Shown: in pieces, positions 58,599-64,000 of the stretch
Position numbering within the stretch: the stretch's first letter is position 1
Layout: each line of letters begins with the position of its first letter
Assembly (NCBI GenBank): GCA_964291655.2
Contig: OZ219802.1
Span: forward strand, 1,472,001-1,536,000
DNA length: 64,000 nucleotides
Source of the DNA: Chloroflexota bacterium
GTDB taxonomy: Bacteria > Chloroflexota > UBA11872 > VXOZ01
Direction of reading: 5' to 3'
The notes under the pieces: model-generated
Seen by the model: the letters and a program-made list of their open reading frames with translations, nothing else
What the model was told of the DNA's origin: nothing
Database searches by the model: none
Made by a program: the position numbers and the translations under genes

Positions 58599-58694
58599 GG
58601 CGCAGAGCCTGCCCCGTACTCGATACGGGGTTGCAAACCTGTCCTGAGCACTTCGGCAAGCTCAGCACAGGCTCTGTCGAGGGGCCTGTGCTAC
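58599..58694. repeat. REP carrying nested mini-repeat insertions
   Basis: Removing two inserts restores GCGCAGGTTGCAAACCTG(T/C)GCTAC, seen intact at 9698-9721. Confidence 0.7.
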
Positions 58695-58828
58695 CGAAGG
58701 CAATTCTCCCAGTTGGCCTGAATCAATGGCACGCTTGGACAATCGCCTTGCGCGTGGCATGTCTCAGAAACAACCCCTTTAGGGAAATCTCAAATACCCG
58801 CGACGACCGTCCCGGACCGGGCCTATAG

Positions 58829-59056
58829 GAGGCCTTTGGCTAACGCCGTCATTCAGGCGAAAAGTCCGCCCCGTACGTGAAACAGGGGTGAAGGCGAATC
58901 CCCTAAAACCTGTATATAGCGCACCGATTATTGCGCTGCTACATCGTGAAGCTGCACATTGCAAGGGGCAATTGTAGCCATAGGAGCCCTAACCCCGACC
59001 CTCTCCCCCAGGAGAGGGAGGTTTTGTCGCCTGCTGTTGGGTTACGCAAGGGTCTC
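58829..59056. mobile_element. Degenerate MITE-B copy
   Basis: Right end GGTTACGCAAGGGTCTC; body resembles 35870-36039; decayed left end GAGGCCTTTGGCTAAC. Confidence 0.6.
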
Positions 59057-59142
59057 CGCCAAGGGAGAAGACTCAACAGGTTGGCGTTGACAGCCAATTC
59101 AAGATGCGGGCAAGCAACCGGTCCTCGCAAACACCGGCGAGA

Positions 59143-61338
<2,196 letters not shown>

Positions 61339-61572
61339 CTATAGCGCGCGCCGAATCCCAAAGCCGCTGAATTCTTGCGGCACCACGGATTCCTGGCAAT
61401 CAAGCAATCGCGTTCACCGGTCGGGTCTCGCGTCTGCGTCAATCAAATTCTGCGTGTACCCCAAATACGCCCGCCGCAGGCCTCGCAATGACTCCGTGCG
61501 CACGCCCCTGTACGTCGCATACTACCATACCGGTACGGTACTGTCTGGCCTAGAAATTATACTGTTAAACTC

Positions 61573-61600
61573 GTAGGGTCACGACGTGTCGTGACCCTAC
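61573..61600. repeat. GTAG-type REP palindrome
   Basis: GTAGGGTCACGAC-GT-GTCGTGACCCTAC. Confidence 0.85.
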
Positions 61601-61648
61601 CCATCGGCAACTCTTGAGCGCGCCGGAGCGCTTTAACACTGTCGCCGG

Positions 61649-62722
61649 TCAGCCGCCTTTGGCGCCGGTTATGTCCCGCCGCTGGAAGAGCCAGAACGTC
61701 AGTACGCCGAATACGAGCGTATACCCTGCCAGGACGAGAAAGGCGTGGAGGAGTTCCGGCTGCGCCGCGTCGCCGTTATCTCCGATATTTATACTTACCT
61801 CGCCGTAACTCGCTTGGAGCACGGTCGTAGCGTTAGTGCTGAGCAAGTACTCGGAGATCCGCTGGAACCATTCAAAGTTGCTGAAAACTGGAATCAGCGT
61901 CGTTTCAATCAGGTAGTAGACCACAAATGCGACGATGCCGAGCGCCGTAGAGGAAGTCACCGCCGTAGCGAGCAGTGCCAGCATGACGTAGGGGAGGAAG
62001 CTGTAGAGCAGAGTCCCCATCTTGATGGGCACGTCCAGCCATTCCGCCGAGCCCTGCAGCGAGTCGCCTTCCAGACCGAAAAACCCGATCAAGACGCTGC
62101 TCAGCGCCACGGTAGCGGCGGCCACAATCAAGCCGGCCAGTGTGGCCAGCATGAGTGCGACGATCTTTGCCGTCAGGAATTGCCAGCGGCCGGTGCCTTT
62201 CGTCAACACCGTTCGCAGCGTTCCCCAGCCGTATTCGGCACCCAGCGCCGCCGCACCTAAGATGCTGACGAGGATAAACAGAGTTCCCTGCAACAGCGTA
62301 AAGCCTAAGAGAATGCTGTTCGGCAGCAAGACGGCGTTGCTGGTGAACGTGCGGAACTCCTCATAGCCTGCGCATGATTCGCGGAATTCCTCCACACTTG
62401 CCAGCGCACTCTCGCGATGCTCGTCAGCGAGCTCTTCGACTCCCGGTGGGATGCGGTCGCCCCGCACGTCCTTGCACGTCCATTCCGCTTCGAAGATCGT
62501 TTCCTTTTTCTCGCTTGCGTTTTCGCTTGCAGTCTCGACTGCGGTCTCGCCTATGCCGATGCCATGCCGCGGCGAGAAAGGTTCGGTGCGGTGCACGACG
62601 TAAGCGCCCCAAACCGCAATCTGCATCAGGATTACGACGATTGCCAAGAGCGTCCATGGCAACAGGCGGCGGCGGAGCTTGTGCCATTCCCATACGGAAA
62701 GACGTAAAACGTGAGCGATCAT
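61649..62722 (-). CDS. ABC-2 type exporter permease
   Basis: EWHKLRRR, GAEYGWGTLR, KIVAL and terminal FQRRDI; six hydrophobic segments. Confidence 0.9.
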   Translation of the reverse strand: MIAHVLRLSVWEWHKLRRRLLPWTLLAIVVILMQIAVWGAYVVHRTEPFSPRHGIGIGETAVETASENASEKKETIFEAEWTCKDVRGDRIPPGVEELADEHRESALASVEEFRESCAGYEEFRTFTSNAVLLPNSILLGFTLLQGTLFILVSILGAAALGAEYGWGTLRTVLTKGTGRWQFLTAKIVALMLATLAGLIVAAATVALSSVLIGFFGLEGDSLQGSAEWLDVPIKMGTLLYSFLPYVMLALLATAVTSSTALGIVAFVVYYLIETTLIPVFSNFEWFQRISEYLLSTNATTVLQASYGEVSINIGDNGDAAQPELLHAFLVLAGYTLVFGVLTFWLFQRRDITGAKGG

Positions 62723-63633
62723 TGCGCTTCCCCTTCCTCCGCGGTGATCTTAAGGAAGTAGTTCTCCAGCGAGTCTTGGCCGGAGGTCATTTCAGTTAGG
62801 TAGATGTCGGCCCGGCTCAGGGCAGCACTCACGTCAGCCGCGCGCTCCGGCGACGCGGAGACAAGCACGAATCCGTTTTCGACTCTTGCCTCCTCGACCC
62901 AGTCCAAAGCCGTCAGCACGTTGACCGCCTCATTATTGTCGGTGGTGCGCAAACGGATTTGCCCGCGTCCTTTCAGCAGTTCGGCCACCGACCCCTGCGC
63001 GATCAGCTTGCCCTTGGAGAGAATCACCACGCTATCGCACACCTGTTCAACCTCGTTGAGCAGGTGACTCGAAAGAAAGACCGTGCGGTCCTTAGTCCCC
63101 AGGCTGCGGATTAGTCCGCGCATCTCGGCCATGCCGGCGGGGTCCATGCCGTTGGTGGGTTCGTCCAGGAAGAGTAGCTCCGGATCGCCTAAGAGCGCGT
63201 AGGCCAAACCCAGTCGCTGCTTCATGCCCAATGAGTACGTGTGGAAGCGGTCATCGGCGCGGTCCGCCAGGTTAACTTGCTCGAGCAGACCGTCGAGTTC
63301 CGACGCCGTCCCTCGCCCCAAGATGCCCTGGAAATAAGCGAGGTTTTGGCGGCCCGTGAGGTACGGATAGAACGTCGGGGTCTCGACGATAGCGCCGACG
63401 CGGCGCAGGGATGCTTGATGGTTGGTATGCGTGCCGAACAGGCTGAAGCTCCCAGCAGTCGGTCGCACGAGACCCAGCAGCATGCCCATGGTGGTGGTCT
63501 TGCCAGAGCCATTGGGGCCTAGCAGACCGAAGACATGCCCGCGCGGAACCGTCAGCGAGAGATCATCCACGGCAAGGATGCTGCCGTACCTCTTCGAGAG
63601 ACCCTCCGTCTGAACGACGGGGTTAGAGTCCAT
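62719..63633 (-). CDS. ABC transporter ATP-binding protein
   Basis: GPNGSGKT, YSLGMKQRL, LDEPTNG and SSHLL motifs. Confidence 0.95.
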   Translation of the reverse strand: MDSNPVVQTEGLSKRYGSILAVDDLSLTVPRGHVFGLLGPNGSGKTTTMGMLLGLVRPTAGSFSLFGTHTNHQASLRRVGAIVETPTFYPYLTGRQNLAYFQGILGRGTASELDGLLEQVNLADRADDRFHTYSLGMKQRLGLAYALLGDPELLFLDEPTNGMDPAGMAEMRGLIRSLGTKDRTVFLSSHLLNEVEQVCDSVVILSKGKLIAQGSVAELLKGRGQIRLRTTDNNEAVNVLTALDWVEEARVENGFVLVSASPERAADVSAALSRADIYLTEMTSGQDSLENYFLKITAEEGEAQ

Positions 63634-63745
63634 TTGGGTTTCCCTCCACTCGTGTTTGCGTAGATGCGAGAACGCGCTTGGCCGGACCTACGTCCGCTCC
63701 AGACTGTAGCGGTTTCGCTACCCTCCTAACCGCATGTTTAGCATT

Positions 63746-63767
63746 CTATACCTTCTGGAAAGTATAG
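63746..63767. promoter_or_regulatory. Dyad upstream of the ABC operon, possible operator
   Basis: CTATAC-CTTCTGGAAA-GTATAG at the edge of an AT-rich stretch. Confidence 0.35.
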
Positions 63768-64000
63768 CGCACCTTTTTGAAGAATGCAACTTATATTTTA
63801 GTAACTATCACTATTCTTGAGAAGAATTGGTAATTAACTGAGATTATTGTTTCATTACGCTCAAATCAGAACTTCATGCACGGGCTTGTGTGGGACCGCG
63901 TGGTTAGCGTTTACCGCACGTTTGCCATGCGGGTGTCGCCGGTATGCGTCAGCACTGCGGAGTGCACACGAGGGAGGGGAACGGGAATGCGGCGAGAAGC

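Overview
GC-rich bacterial chromosome segment. Gene content suggests a Chloroflexota-like heterotroph, possibly host-associated; this is inference only. It carries six scattered Gfo/Idh/MocA oxidoreductases, two orphan Tat-lipoprotein solute-binding proteins, a thiG-thiE-thiS-thiO operon, purA, a PPi-type pfk, ispE, katG, tRNA-Val(CAC), a GmrSD-type nuclease, a Fic protein, an inactivated toxin-antitoxin pair and several transporters. The most striking content is non-coding. (1) A nested set of hairpin-targeting mobile elements: five 288-bp TGT..ACA MITE copies within 15 kb, a second TGT..ACA MITE, a GAGACC..GGTCTC MITE family that carries its own target hairpins and appears to duplicate the hairpin loop whatever its length, an IS1182 in the same hairpin type, and a 24-nt module inserted into other repeats without target duplication. 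(2) A TPP-riboswitch-like leader whose P5 module occurs four times in exact 18-nt tandem, upstream of a ThiS that continues about 39 aa past its Gly-Gly motif. All calls come from reading the sequence by eye; no searches or folding computations were run.
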